Source: Histomonas meleagridis 2922-C6/04-290x (taxonomy: Eukaryota; Protista; Parabasalia). From it: DNA of 64,000 nt. The stretch spans positions 293,819 through 357,818 of the forward strand of contig JAANOX010000207.1 of assembly GCA_020184695.1 (NCBI GenBank). The letters run 5' to 3'. The notes beneath the pieces were generated by a model. It was given only the letters and a program-made list of their open reading frames with translations, did not search any database and was not told the origin of the DNA. The translations under genes were made by a program, and so were the position numbers. Every line of letters starts with the position of its first letter. The first letter of the stretch is position 1. Shown piece after piece: positions 10,632 through 21,516 of this stretch.

Positions 10632-11186
10632 TTAAAGTCCAAGTTCTTGTTCCCTTGGATCAGGTGGCTTTCCTTCTCTTAGGACATTAGGATCAAGTCC
10701 TTCAGCTTCCATATTCTTTGCAAGTGACATAATTGGTACACCAATATCTTTAAGTCTGAACCAACGAGCATATAGTGGATCATTTCTTGGCGAATATGGA
10801 ACATTTTCTTCTGTAGTTTCTGCTTGATTTTCTTCATTTTGTGGTTGCGAATCAGTTTCTGCAGGTGGTTGTGGTGATGGAGGAGGTGGAGCTTGTGGAA
10901 CACTTGGCGTTTGTACTTCTTCTTGAGGCACAGGAGGAGCTGTTGGTTCAATTCTCTGACCTGGAGTGAAATTAAGATCTTCAATAGACTGTAATTTCTT
11001 TTCCAAAATTGCTGTTAATATTTCTACATTGTTAATTCTTTCTGAAACTTCTAAAAGTTTTAGATCACAAATGTTTGAGAATCGATTTAAAAAATCAACT
11101 GTTCTTTCAGCAAATTGGTTAACACTTGCAATTATACGGGCATATCCGATGGAGTCAGCATTTGAATAGTCAATAGGATCATCCAT
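10632..11186 (-). CDS. WASHC3: WASH complex subunit 3 (CCDC53)
   Basis: N-terminal VNQFAERTVDFLNRFSNICDLKL..ILEKKLQSI, a Pro-rich linker, and C-terminal NDPLYARWFRLKDIGVP..MEAEGLDPNVL. Confidence 0.85.
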   Translation of the reverse strand: MDDPIDYSNADSIGYARIIASVNQFAERTVDFLNRFSNICDLKLLEVSERINNVEILTAILEKKLQSIEDLNFTPGQRIEPTAPPVPQEEVQTPSVPQAPPPPSPQPPAETDSQPQNEENQAETTEENVPYSPRNDPLYARWFRLKDIGVPIMSLAKNMEAEGLDPNVLREGKPPDPREQELGL

Positions 11187-11355
11187 TTTAGTTAAGTAAA
11201 AAACTGGGTTCGAAAATAACCGTTCAATGAATGCGACCGTTATTTATGCAACGATAAAAATAACTGAAAGTCGTTCTAAAATTAAAAAACGTACATTGTA
11301 ACTTTTTGAGTGTATCAGTCCTGACTTTTTGTCCGTTATTATGGTATTTTGAAAC

Positions 11356-12135
11356 ATGGGAAGTTGTGTTTCATCAGCAAGAACAATACCATTAGATGAT
11401 ATCGCAATTGCAATTCTAGGTATAGATAATGCAGGAAAAACTTGTTTTCTAAGATCTTTAGCAGGAGACTTTAATTTTGATACAGTTCCATCATCTGGTC
11501 TTGGACAAGAATCTTTTATGTATGATGATGTTAAACTTAAAGTATATGATTTGGGTGGAGGCCCTAAGTTCAGAAGTGTTTGGCAAAGATTTTTTGCAGA
11601 AATTTGGGGATTTATTTATGTTGTTGATGCTTCTGATACCGAACGTTTTGAAGAAAGCGCTCGAGTTCTTAAAGAAATTACAAGCCATGAAATGATGAAA
11701 GGTAAACCATACATAGTAATTGCTAATAAGCAAGATTTACCAAATGCCGTTCCTGCAGAAAAGCTAAAGAAAACAATGAAAATCAGCAAAAACATTGATG
11801 TGAAAGACGCTGCTGTCATTAAAGTTGACGGTGACAAATGTAATGAAGGTGTATCTGAATCTACATCTGCATTAATTGGTCAAATTTTGAAGAAATTCGA
11901 AAAGATCGCAAAGAAGAGAGTTGTTGACATGGCCAAACAAGAGGAAATTGAAAACAAAGAAAAAGCAGAGAAAATGGAACGAATCAAAAGGATGAGAGAA
12001 GAAGAGGCAAAGAAGGCAGAAGCAAATGAGGATGAAAAGGAATACTCTAAGAGTGATAAAGAAAACTCTAAAAGCGATAAAGAGGACTCAAAAAGTGACA
12101 AAGAAGGATCCAAAAGCGAACATGAAGAACAATAA
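11356..12135 (+). CDS. ARL13: ARL13-like ciliary Arf-family GTPase
   Basis: GIDNAGKT, DLGGG (Gly in place of the catalytic Gln, typical of ARL13), ANKQD, C-terminal coiled coil, and four x-S-K-S-D/E-K/H-E heptads at about 12040-12126. Confidence 0.85.
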   Translation: MGSCVSSARTIPLDDIAIAILGIDNAGKTCFLRSLAGDFNFDTVPSSGLGQESFMYDDVKLKVYDLGGGPKFRSVWQRFFAEIWGFIYVVDASDTERFEESARVLKEITSHEMMKGKPYIVIANKQDLPNAVPAEKLKKTMKISKNIDVKDAAVIKVDGDKCNEGVSESTSALIGQILKKFEKIAKKRVVDMAKQEEIENKEKAEKMERIKRMREEEAKKAEANEDEKEYSKSDKENSKSDKEDSKSDKEGSKSEHEEQ

Positions 12136-12285
12136 ATATTATCATTTATAACTATTTCAATTTTTTACTTTTCCTATTAACACAAACTTCGAACGCACCA
12201 AAATGTTTAATCATGTTCAATCTCCTATCATCACACCTCTATTAAAGTCATTTATAAATATGTCATCCGAAAAATTATTATAGAA

Positions 12286-12352
12286 ATTTCAGAATGACAA
12301 TATTTTTTTCTGTGAAAAACAGTTTTCTGGTCATTTAATTTGTCTATCGTTT
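12286..12352 (-). repeat. Dispersed ~70-nt repeat, copy 2 (inverted relative to copy 1)
   Basis: The reverse complement aligns to 3661-3730. Confidence 0.75.
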
Positions 12353-12722
12353 GTTCATTAATTTTTTATACTTGCAGTATGATGAGTAATAATTTTTTTA
12401 TAAATCTATATTTATAATAATATTTTTTTCCACAATATAAAATCATTGTATAATTAGAATTTTTCCATTTAATTGTTTTTTATTTGTCAACTTGAAGAGA
12501 ATTCGAAATAGTTAACAATTTCATAATTACCAATTCTTTTATTAGTAGATTTTTGTTGTACCTATGAAAGAAATTGTTATCTAAAGGATTTATGTTCTAG
12601 AAGATAAATGAGAATATTTTACAAAAAAATTAAATCATAAATTATGAAAACATTGAAATCAAAAATCATTTTATTTTTATCAAATAATTCAAACAATATA
12701 TTTTTATTAATTTACACAAAAA

Positions 12723-15032
12723 TTAGTTAATATTAACTGTATTTTCTATTCTTTCAAAAACGATTTTATTTGTGAAAGATTCATCAATCAAATGCGAGAA
12801 CACCATTGATCTTTTCCACGGAAGGTTAAATGGTATATTCTTAACCAATGTTTGATCCTTTGTATCTGATCTCATTTTTGTTTCATCGAATTTAGGGTTA
12901 TATCTTTTAATGAAATTTGCGAAATTTGCGTACACATCATTTGGTATTCTATCGAAAGTATTATTTTCGAAGTATAAATTACATTGTTTTATATTATGTA
13001 CCATGCACCATTTTATAGTTAAATTCATTAATTCGATTCTTATTTCGATTTTATAACTTTTAAATAACCAATATAACACTTCGATTTTAAACGGCAAAAA
13101 ATTTACATCAGAATTAAATCGATAAAAAGAAGACAAACATAAAATTATTGATTCCAGAATAGAAATATATTTCTTCTTAATCGAATGTTCGATTAAATTA
13201 TTTAATGATTCATAAAACACAGGAAATATACCTTCCATAGTTTTTAATCCTAAAATATGTTTTTGAAATGCAATCGATAATATTAATAATGAACGTACAA
13301 TTTGTCGGATTTTATATGAATGATCTTTTTTATCAACTTGATATAAAAATGTTAAAAAGTTTTGTATCAATAATTCAATTGCTTGGAAATCCAATTCATA
13401 ATGTGTAATTAGTTCAACGGCACAATAAAAATAAATAGGCTCATCCGAAACTATTAAAAATCGAATAATTCGTGATAAGTTTCGTATCGGTATTTTAATA
13501 TTCGCAAATATTATTGCATAAATTGGAAGCATCGTATGTTTTGGTTCTAAGAATGTTAAAGAACGAAAATTATCCGAATTTTTGGTTAATATATTCGAAA
13601 TAATTAAATAAATATCTAATAATCGTATCGAAATTGGATTATATGTTAATGTTGTAGGACATGATATTATATAATGTAAAACTTTAACAATAAATTCAAA
13701 AAATGTGATTGTTAATATATTATTTGTTGATGATTGTGATATTAAAATCGTTGAAATAAATGGTAAAATAGATCGAAATAATATTAAAAGTAATTGATCA
13801 ATTTGTGGATCGAAAAATTTTTCAGCTGATTGAATTAATAATGTTATTGTTCGAATATGTTTCATCATATCTTGAAAATGATATTTAGTAATTTCATTTT
13901 GTTCATTAATTACTAATGAATTAAATCGTGTGAAATATATATATAACCAATATAAATAACATTTATTACCTTTTTCTGGTGTAATATCTTTAAGTTGATC
14001 AGAAACCCAATAAAAATCATATGAAAAAACATTTAAAATATATTGAGCTTGTTCTGAAAATCGTGAATATTCTTCTATGAAATAATCATATAAATAATTT
14101 CCAAGAAATGGAATTAATGATGCAAATGAAGCCGTAGTATTATATAAAATTATTTCTTCAAATAAGGCAGGACAATTCATTTTTTTAAGTTTTTGTATGA
14201 AATTTGAAAAAATAATCGATGTATTAGGTGATATTGTTGTTAAAGATAAAGATGTCATCAAGCAACTTTTTGAAAAGTAACCCGCCCCAAGTAAAGTAGT
14301 CAAAAGTAATGTGTCTTCAAATTTGATTTCATGTTCTTCATCAGAAAATGAATAAATAAAACGATTACATAACATAATCGTATGAGAAGCATATGAAAAA
14401 ACAGAATTCGTATGGTACTGAGGTTGTTTCGCAAGATAAATAGGATCAGGCAATAAATAATAATCTTTTGGTAAAGATTTTGTTATTTTAAAAAAACAAA
14501 CTGATGGAATAAATAATGAAATTATAAATATCTTTTGTTCAATTGATGATGCGCTATTAGTAAAAATTTCATTAATTAATTTGGCTTGTACTATAGAAAG
14601 ACTAAGCAAATCAGAAATATTATATGGTACTGTGGTAAAATTATAAATATATGCAGCAGCTAATGGAATTATATGAAATTTTTCAGCTGGAAATTGGTTT
14701 TTTATAAATATTAAGTGGCAAATTATTTTTTGAATTTCTTCTGAGGTAGGTTCAAACAAAGAATATAATCTTGGGATTACACTAAAAATTTTGTAACTTT
14801 GTTTCTGTTTATCATTAACAGGCTTTATCGCAGCATTCATATACATAATAACATTATCTATTGTAAAATTTATTGGAAAAGGTGTGAAACATTTAAATTG
14901 TGATATGTCATGATTAAATTTATCAATAGTAATAGATTTTGCTTTGCTTTCCACATAGCTCCTAATTATTTTTTCATTATACTCAGGGAATGATTTTTCT
15001 ATCGAAATGAGAGAAAGATCATTCTGGAGCAT
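12723..15032 (-). CDS. Hypothetical protein, 769 aa (possibly alpha-solenoid)
   Basis: Long ATG-initiated ORF; no motif recognised. Confidence 0.7.
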   Translation of the reverse strand: MLQNDLSLISIEKSFPEYNEKIIRSYVESKAKSITIDKFNHDISQFKCFTPFPINFTIDNVIMYMNAAIKPVNDKQKQSYKIFSVIPRLYSLFEPTSEEIQKIICHLIFIKNQFPAEKFHIIPLAAAYIYNFTTVPYNISDLLSLSIVQAKLINEIFTNSASSIEQKIFIISLFIPSVCFFKITKSLPKDYYLLPDPIYLAKQPQYHTNSVFSYASHTIMLCNRFIYSFSDEEHEIKFEDTLLLTTLLGAGYFSKSCLMTSLSLTTISPNTSIIFSNFIQKLKKMNCPALFEEIILYNTTASFASLIPFLGNYLYDYFIEEYSRFSEQAQYILNVFSYDFYWVSDQLKDITPEKGNKCYLYWLYIYFTRFNSLVINEQNEITKYHFQDMMKHIRTITLLIQSAEKFFDPQIDQLLLILFRSILPFISTILISQSSTNNILTITFFEFIVKVLHYIISCPTTLTYNPISIRLLDIYLIISNILTKNSDNFRSLTFLEPKHTMLPIYAIIFANIKIPIRNLSRIIRFLIVSDEPIYFYCAVELITHYELDFQAIELLIQNFLTFLYQVDKKDHSYKIRQIVRSLLILSIAFQKHILGLKTMEGIFPVFYESLNNLIEHSIKKKYISILESIILCLSSFYRFNSDVNFLPFKIEVLYWLFKSYKIEIRIELMNLTIKWCMVHNIKQCNLYFENNTFDRIPNDVYANFANFIKRYNPKFDETKMRSDTKDQTLVKNIPFNLPWKRSMVFSHLIDESFTNKIVFERIENTVNIN

Positions 15033-15083
15033 TTATGTTAGCATAAATAATTGAATGAAAATAATTGACATTTCCATAAAAAA

Positions 15084-15593
15084 ATGGGAAAGCATAAATG
15101 TATCATTTGCATGAAACATCGCAATAATGTATGTGTGCTTGTTCCTTGTATGCATATTATTTGTTTAGATTGTTTAAATAAGTGGATTAAACAATCTGGT
15201 CAAAATTGTCCAATATGTAGAACTCCTTTTACAGAAACATATTCATCAAATGAAAACGGTGAGTTAAAACAAGTCATTAAAAATGAGACCAAAATTACTT
15301 TTAATCCAAATGATTATCCAAAACCTAAAGGTGATTCTCAATGGGAATCTTACTTAAGGAAAATTTGGAATCTTTTGCCAAATAGAATTTGGGAGTTACT
15401 TAGTAATTCAGGAGTTAATGATGTAGTTATAGTAACTTATGTAATGTCAATTCTTGCAAAAAATTCAAGAGAACAATCAGAATCTTTAATTAATAACTTA
15501 GTTGGAGAATTAGTTCCGAACTTTTTTTCAAATATTTTAAAAGTTGAACCAAAATCAACAAATTCAGATGAGATTGACTTTGTAATATTTTGA
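15084..15593 (+). CDS. RING-finger (C3HC4) protein, putative E3 ligase
   Basis: CIIC..VPCMHIICLDC..CPICR; the C-terminal helical part is weakly PWI-like. Confidence 0.85.
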   Translation: MGKHKCIICMKHRNNVCVLVPCMHIICLDCLNKWIKQSGQNCPICRTPFTETYSSNENGELKQVIKNETKITFNPNDYPKPKGDSQWESYLRKIWNLLPNRIWELLSNSGVNDVVIVTYVMSILAKNSREQSESLINNLVGELVPNFFSNILKVEPKSTNSDEIDFVIF

Positions 15594-15737
15594 TCCATTT
15601 CAACTTGTTAATTGTATAAAAACAAATTTTACTAATTAAACTGCGAATATTTGCCTTTGTTAGAAAAATCAATAAACTTCTATGGTATTTTTTTCTTTCA
15701 GAAATTTGTGAAGTTTATGTTTTAACGGTTAAAACAA

Positions 15738-18700
15738 ATGTCGGTACTAAAGAGTCATTGGATTTGCAATTTAGGAACCGAAATACATCAACTTCTTCTT
15801 TCTTACAATAACTTAGCTATCCACAAAGCTAAAGTTGCTTGTTTATGTAATGAACTAAATAATTTTTCAAAACAAATTCTTCCACGTGTTAAAACAGATG
15901 AACAAGTAACTCCTGTTCAAAACGTTATGCTCCGTGAACTTATGCAATGTATTCATAATCTTAAAATCCTCTTTAGTCAGTTTACACCAAATACTCTTGC
16001 CGAAACGTTATTACGAGAAAGTCCTACATCAGCAGGAGAAAAACTGAACAACTTCCGCCAAACCTTTAACAAAATTGTGAAAGATCTTGGTATTTGTAAT
16101 TATGATCCATGTCCATTAGATGATGCACAATTAAAAGTAGATGATTCTGATGATGTAAATGTCATTGTTATGTATCTTGGGAAGTTAGCTACTAGTAGTC
16201 GTACCATTATTGAACAACAAGAATATACACGTAAACTTAATGAGTACAAAGAAATCCAAAAGAAATATCAAGAAGAAGAAGAGAAAAGTCAAATCCAAAA
16301 GAACGAAGAAAGTCGTATCATGACACAAGAAGAGATTAACTCACGCGTTACTGACTTAGCAGATTATTCAGTTAATTTTGATGACTTTGAATTACAAGCG
16401 AAAATTGGGAACGGAGCATTTGCTGAAGTCTTTTTAAGTTATCAAAAATCCACGCATAAGATGGTTGCTTTAAAGAAACTCTTTAATCAACAATTTACTG
16501 TTAAAGAGTTTGAAATGTTTTTACGTGAAATTAAAATCTTTCAAAAGTTACAACACTTTGCAGTCTTACAATTTGTAGGTGTATGTTTAAGACCACCGTT
16601 TTGTATTGCCACTGAATATATGAGTGGCGGAAGTTTATTCACACGATTACATAATGGATCCGAATTATATGGTACGAAACTTACGATTATAGCACTTGGA
16701 GTTGCAATTGGAATGGCACATTTACATGATAATAATATGATTCATCGAGACTTAAAATCAACAAATGTATTATTGGATGCTGATGATTTCCCACGTATTT
16801 GTGACTTTGGAATGAGTCGAGAAATGGCAGGTCCAAATGACCCACCAATGTCAGGCGGAGTTGGTACAGCACAATGGATGGCGCCCGAAGTTATCCAATA
16901 CCAAAAATATGATCAAAAAGCCGATGTTTATTCATATGGTATTTTATTATGGGAGTTATTAACAAGAGAAGTACCATTCCAAGGATTAAATAATGTACAA
17001 ATTGCTATAGCTGTAACTAATAGAGATAGTCGACCATTAATACCACAAAGTTGTCCACCGAAATTAAGTCAATTAATTAAAATTTGTTGGGATAAAGATC
17101 CAAATAAAAGACCCGACTTTAAGATGATAACAAAAGCATTCGAAAGTGGAGAAATTTCATTCCCTGGTACTGAACAAGAATTTGTTCAAGCTTATGTTAA
17201 TCAATTTTCAAAAGTTGAGACTAAATCAACAGAATTTAATCCAGAAAATGTTTCCAAAGAATCAGTACAACAAATTATTAAAGAAATTAATGACCCTAAT
17301 AAGAGAGATGATGGAATTTCTAAGATGTTATCAATTAAAGAAGTTCATTTATGGACTAAGTTATTAAATGAAGCTGGAATAGTACCAATTTTATTAGATT
17401 TGATTTCAAGATGTAATTTAGCGAACTCCGCATTTAATTTAATACATTGTTTATCATTAATATTAAGTGATGAAGAAGTTGTTAAAGAATTCATTGAATT
17501 ATCAGGAAGTCGAACTGTTTTAGATTTGTTTATTAAATATGGTACTACTTCAATGATAGGAATTATCGATTGTTTAACATGTATAGTTAACAATGATAAA
17601 TTAGTACAATTTAGTACTGAACATTTTACGAAACTTTCATCATTTTTAGTTTCAAATGATTTAAGAATTCGAATTGATACAACGAAATTAATCTTAAGTA
17701 TATTAGAGAATCATTCATATGATGAAGATATTTCATTAAATTCATTAATATCGAATGTCATTTGTAATATTCGACCTGGTGCACGAACTGAATTATTAAC
17801 AGTTTCCTTAAAATTATTAAATGAAATGTTAGAATTACCAAAATTATTTACATCGATTATTCATTCTGATACACCAATTACAGTTTATTCATTAATTACA
17901 AATAATAATAAAGATGAAAATGTACAAATAGAAGCATTAAAATTATTAAAGAAGATGTTCCAAGGAATGAGGCCTTCAATGAACATAGTCTCTATGTTTG
18001 TTAAAGGATTTTCTGATATTATTAATACAAATCAAAATAACTTTAATCTTATAAGTTTATTACTTATAGTTTTAGCTACATTACTTAAGTCACCAATCAT
18101 ATTTAAAGAAATTAATGAATGTGAAACCATTTTAGAATCATTTAAATTCTGTTTTAAATGTGAATCAACAAAAGTTATTATATATTCATTAAAGATTTGT
18201 TATGCAATTCTGAATAATATAATTACATTTGAAATGTTCTCTAAACTTGGAAATGATTTAATTCCACTTTTAATTAATACTAAATCAGAATCAATTACAT
18301 TATTATCAGCATCATGTTTAATCTCTATATTACATAATAATGAAGACAATAAAGAAATATTAAAGAATGGATCGAATGAAATAAAACAATTTTTAAATAA
18401 TTCATTAACTTCAAATAAATCTATGAATGCCGAAATCGGTTTAAGATTATCTGGTATAATATCATCGACATTTTCCGGAGCAATTTTCTTAGAGAAGAAT
18501 AACATTATACCTAAAGTTTGTAATTTATGTAATTCTAAAGAAGATGAAAACCGTAAATTATCATTTATATCAATAGCATCACATTCATTATCATATCCAA
18601 TGTCTAATTCAATCATTGATTTCATTCCATCGATTTTAAATGTTATTAACGATGATTCGATATTTCCATATCCTTTAATTACTATTGTAAATTTGGTAAT

Positions 18701-19082
18701 AAATCCAAAGGCAGTAATTTCTTGTATACCATTTTTGGAGAAATTAATTCCTTTGTTGGATGTTAATGAAGAAGAAAATAAAAGTCGAGTTTTGACGGCA
18801 TTACATAGAATAGTATTAACTCATGAAGGAATTAAATATTATAAAGATAAAAACGTTTTGTTGAAATTATTAAATAAAATTTCAAACCTTTTGGAAACAC
18901 AATACTCCAGATTGGCATTTGAAATAATAGAAGGAATCGCTCAAATTAAAATAGGAAGAGAGGCATTGATAGAGGCTAAAATGAAACAATACTTCTTGGA
19001 TAACTTGAAATTAATGCAAACAACTGACCCGTTAAGAGAAATGTTTTTAAGAATTTATTCAAGAATTGAAGAAGAATGTTGA
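15738..19082 (+). CDS. TKL-family protein kinase with an N-terminal helical domain and C-terminal ARM/HEAT-like repeats
   Basis: IGNGAFAEV, VALK, HRDLKSTN, DFG, GTAQWMAPE and DVYSYGILLWELLT motifs. Confidence 0.9.
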   Translation: MSVLKSHWICNLGTEIHQLLLSYNNLAIHKAKVACLCNELNNFSKQILPRVKTDEQVTPVQNVMLRELMQCIHNLKILFSQFTPNTLAETLLRESPTSAGEKLNNFRQTFNKIVKDLGICNYDPCPLDDAQLKVDDSDDVNVIVMYLGKLATSSRTIIEQQEYTRKLNEYKEIQKKYQEEEEKSQIQKNEESRIMTQEEINSRVTDLADYSVNFDDFELQAKIGNGAFAEVFLSYQKSTHKMVALKKLFNQQFTVKEFEMFLREIKIFQKLQHFAVLQFVGVCLRPPFCIATEYMSGGSLFTRLHNGSELYGTKLTIIALGVAIGMAHLHDNNMIHRDLKSTNVLLDADDFPRICDFGMSREMAGPNDPPMSGGVGTAQWMAPEVIQYQKYDQKADVYSYGILLWELLTREVPFQGLNNVQIAIAVTNRDSRPLIPQSCPPKLSQLIKICWDKDPNKRPDFKMITKAFESGEISFPGTEQEFVQAYVNQFSKVETKSTEFNPENVSKESVQQIIKEINDPNKRDDGISKMLSIKEVHLWTKLLNEAGIVPILLDLISRCNLANSAFNLIHCLSLILSDEEVVKEFIELSGSRTVLDLFIKYGTTSMIGIIDCLTCIVNNDKLVQFSTEHFTKLSSFLVSNDLRIRIDTTKLILSILENHSYDEDISLNSLISNVICNIRPGARTELLTVSLKLLNEMLELPKLFTSIIHSDTPITVYSLITNNNKDENVQIEALKLLKKMFQGMRPSMNIVSMFVKGFSDIINTNQNNFNLISLLLIVLATLLKSPIIFKEINECETILESFKFCFKCESTKVIIYSLKICYAILNNIITFEMFSKLGNDLIPLLINTKSESITLLSASCLISILHNNEDNKEILKNGSNEIKQFLNNSLTSNKSMNAEIGLRLSGIISSTFSGAIFLEKNNIIPKVCNLCNSKEDENRKLSFISIASHSLSYPMSNSIIDFIPSILNVINDDSIFPYPLITIVNLVINPKAVISCIPFLEKLIPLLDVNEEENKSRVLTALHRIVLTHEGIKYYKDKNVLLKLLNKISNLLETQYSRLAFEIIEGIAQIKIGREALIEAKMKQYFLDNLKLMQTTDPLREMFLRIYSRIEEEC

Positions 19083-19393
19083 ATGTCATAATAAATTGAG
19101 AACTTTTAAAATATTTTTTTTGAATTGTAAAATTGTTTACGTTACAGAAAAGTGCTTCTGTATTATGTTAAAAATTTATTGTTTAAAAAAAAATCGAAAT
19201 ATTATAGAAAAATATATTTTGGTGCGTTGTGAATCATCGGTGGAGAAGTGTGTTAAAAATTATTTGCTTTGTTTCCGTTGGTATTTGTCTTGAAAAATTT
19301 ATTGGACAGACAATTGATTTGATAGACAGATTTATTGAGTAGACTTTATTTTTATTATTTATTTTTTATTTGTTACTGTCTTTTCTTTTGATT

Positions 19394-20428
19394 ATGTCAA
19401 TTAGAAATAGAGATAAAAAATCCAAATTTCATTTGTTTTTATTATCACTATGTAGTTGTTTAATTATATCTAAAATCTTGCTTCTAAATATTACATTTAA
19501 TGAGGAAATATACTTTAAAACTGTTATTAAAACAAATTTTCAACAGAAGCTGTTGTTTGTAATTTTAACAAAGATAAATGATAAAAGACCGGAAATAATG
19601 AACCATGTGTTCACACAGAATATAAATAAAATGATAGGATACAGAGCAATTTATATCAATTGGAAAAAAGAAAATTCATCTGATATCTATATTCAACATG
19701 ATAACTTCATTACTAATCGGATATTAAATCTTTATCCACCTGAATATTATTTTAATTTAATGTCTTTAAACAATAGAAAGAGGAGGAAAAAAGATGTTGA
19801 TTTATTTATGAAATCTTATTTTGCTCTTTCATATTTTTATTATGAAACAAACTATAGATGGGTTCATAGAGGTGTTGATGATAATATTGTTAATATTAAA
19901 ATGATAGATGAATATGTTGATAAACTTGAAAGAAAATATGACCCATTAAATGAACCTATTATTATTGGGAACTGTATAAAATATCCAAATAGTATTTACT
20001 TGCAAGGAGGATCTGGATTTTTATATTCAAGAAAAGCAGTCGAAAAAATGCTTCCTTTTTATGAAGAAGTTATAAAGAATTGCAACAAACCAGAAGATGT
20101 ATTTCATAATGTTTTTTTGAAAAATCTTGATATTAATTTCTTAAATGCAACATCTGAGAATTTCCTTGGGCATAACTTCGAGTTATTAGATTATTTGAGA
20201 ATTATTTTTGGTAAAAATATGTTTTTAAGCAATTGTAAAAATTTAAGCTCTCAAAGTATTTCAGGGTGTAAATCATTCCATTCACCAATTAAAAATATTT
20301 TGTGTTTTCATCAACAAACAAATGTATTTTTTTCTGTATATTTATCTAAATTTATATTTAATTCAGATGAATCAATTCATTTCTTCATGGACTCAATTGA
20401 AGGAAAACCAAAATTATGCAAAAGTTAG
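19394..20428 (+). CDS. Type II membrane glycosyltransferase, GT31/fringe-like
   Basis: N-terminal TM anchor, WVHRGVDD (DxD-like), YLQGGSGFLYSRKAV and PEDV motifs. First ATG at 19394. Confidence 0.7.
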   Translation: MSIRNRDKKSKFHLFLLSLCSCLIISKILLLNITFNEEIYFKTVIKTNFQQKLLFVILTKINDKRPEIMNHVFTQNINKMIGYRAIYINWKKENSSDIYIQHDNFITNRILNLYPPEYYFNLMSLNNRKRRKKDVDLFMKSYFALSYFYYETNYRWVHRGVDDNIVNIKMIDEYVDKLERKYDPLNEPIIIGNCIKYPNSIYLQGGSGFLYSRKAVEKMLPFYEEVIKNCNKPEDVFHNVFLKNLDINFLNATSENFLGHNFELLDYLRIIFGKNMFLSNCKNLSSQSISGCKSFHSPIKNILCFHQQTNVFFSVYLSKFIFNSDESIHFFMDSIEGKPKLCKS

Positions 20429-20922
20429 AAATTTTTGTTTTTTTCCAAATGCAGAGAATAAAAATTCTAAATGTCTTCTTGTAAGCATTACAACAAACCT
20501 TCAATTATTTATATTTGAAACATTCTAGTTGATGAATTTGATTATAATCTATTCACTGAATTCAGAAAACATGTTTTCAACCGTATAATATGTCACGAAA
20601 AAATAAATAATATATAGTCGTATGAAAAAACTCTATCCAGCAGAAAAAACACTATCCCCCATTTTTCTAAATAAATAAAATATAAAAAAAATCACAATTT
20701 TTCTCATTTGTGTCTGATTGTCTGTTCAATTATCCAGTAGATTTCAAAACTCACATTAGAAAATGATTTTATGAATTTGTTCAAAAACCTATCCCACTAT
20801 GAGTTTGTTAACATGCATGTTTGTTGGCTGCTGTTTGATAAGAATATAATCTGGCTCTAGTCTGACATTTTATAACAATAATAACATAAACATTTTATCG
20901 TCAAATCGAATTAATTTTATCT

Positions 20923-21249
20923 CTATTTAGCATTAATATCAATTCCTTCTTGTTCAAGAAGTAATTTAACTATTTCTGTATAACCATTATAAGATACTTT
21001 CATAAGTGCTGTTTTAAATAATTTAAATAATTTCCAAATATTATTTTGAAATATAAAATTATTAAAATAAATTTTAAAGAAAATAAATAAATATTTTTAG
21101 CATTAATATCAATTCCCTCTTGTTTAAGAAGTAATTTAACTGTTTCAATATAATTGTTTTGAGAACTAAATATAAGAGGTGTAACAAAACCTAAATATAA
21201 ATATCAAAAATTATTCTCAAACATAATCTTTTTCATTAACATTAAATCC
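20923..21249 (-). pseudogene. Ankyrin-repeat gene fragment or short gene (locus D) with six 17-nt spacers
   Basis: GFNVNEKDY[17]D[17]V-TPLIFSSQNNYIETVKLLLKQEGIDINAKN[17]K[17]Y[17]G[17]K-TALMKVSYNGYTEIVKLLLEQEGIDINAK*. No intact start was found upstream. Confidence 0.7.
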
Positions 21250-21516
21250 TTTTTTGTTTGTTGATTAGAAACCATATTTCCTTTGTTGATTCAAACATAT
21301 GAATCGTCTTAATTATAATTTGATAAAATCACAGAAGTAATAATAAACTAATAATGAAGAAGCATTAAAATTTTATTTTGATTCAGGAATAAAATTGTAT
21401 TTTTGCTCCTTTGTTATAACAATTTATATATAAAATATTGTTGATTGCGTTCTCAGAAATGACATGTCATTTAGTTTAAATATTAGAAAAAAAATTTAAG
21501 GAAAATTACACAAAAT

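Noticed and set aside
19301-20730. 13/14-nt inverted match (ATTGGACAGACAAT at 19301; ATTGTCTGTTCAAT at 20717) flanking the glycosyltransferase gene
   Set aside because: Too short, with no target-site duplication or transposase, so it cannot support a mobile-element call.
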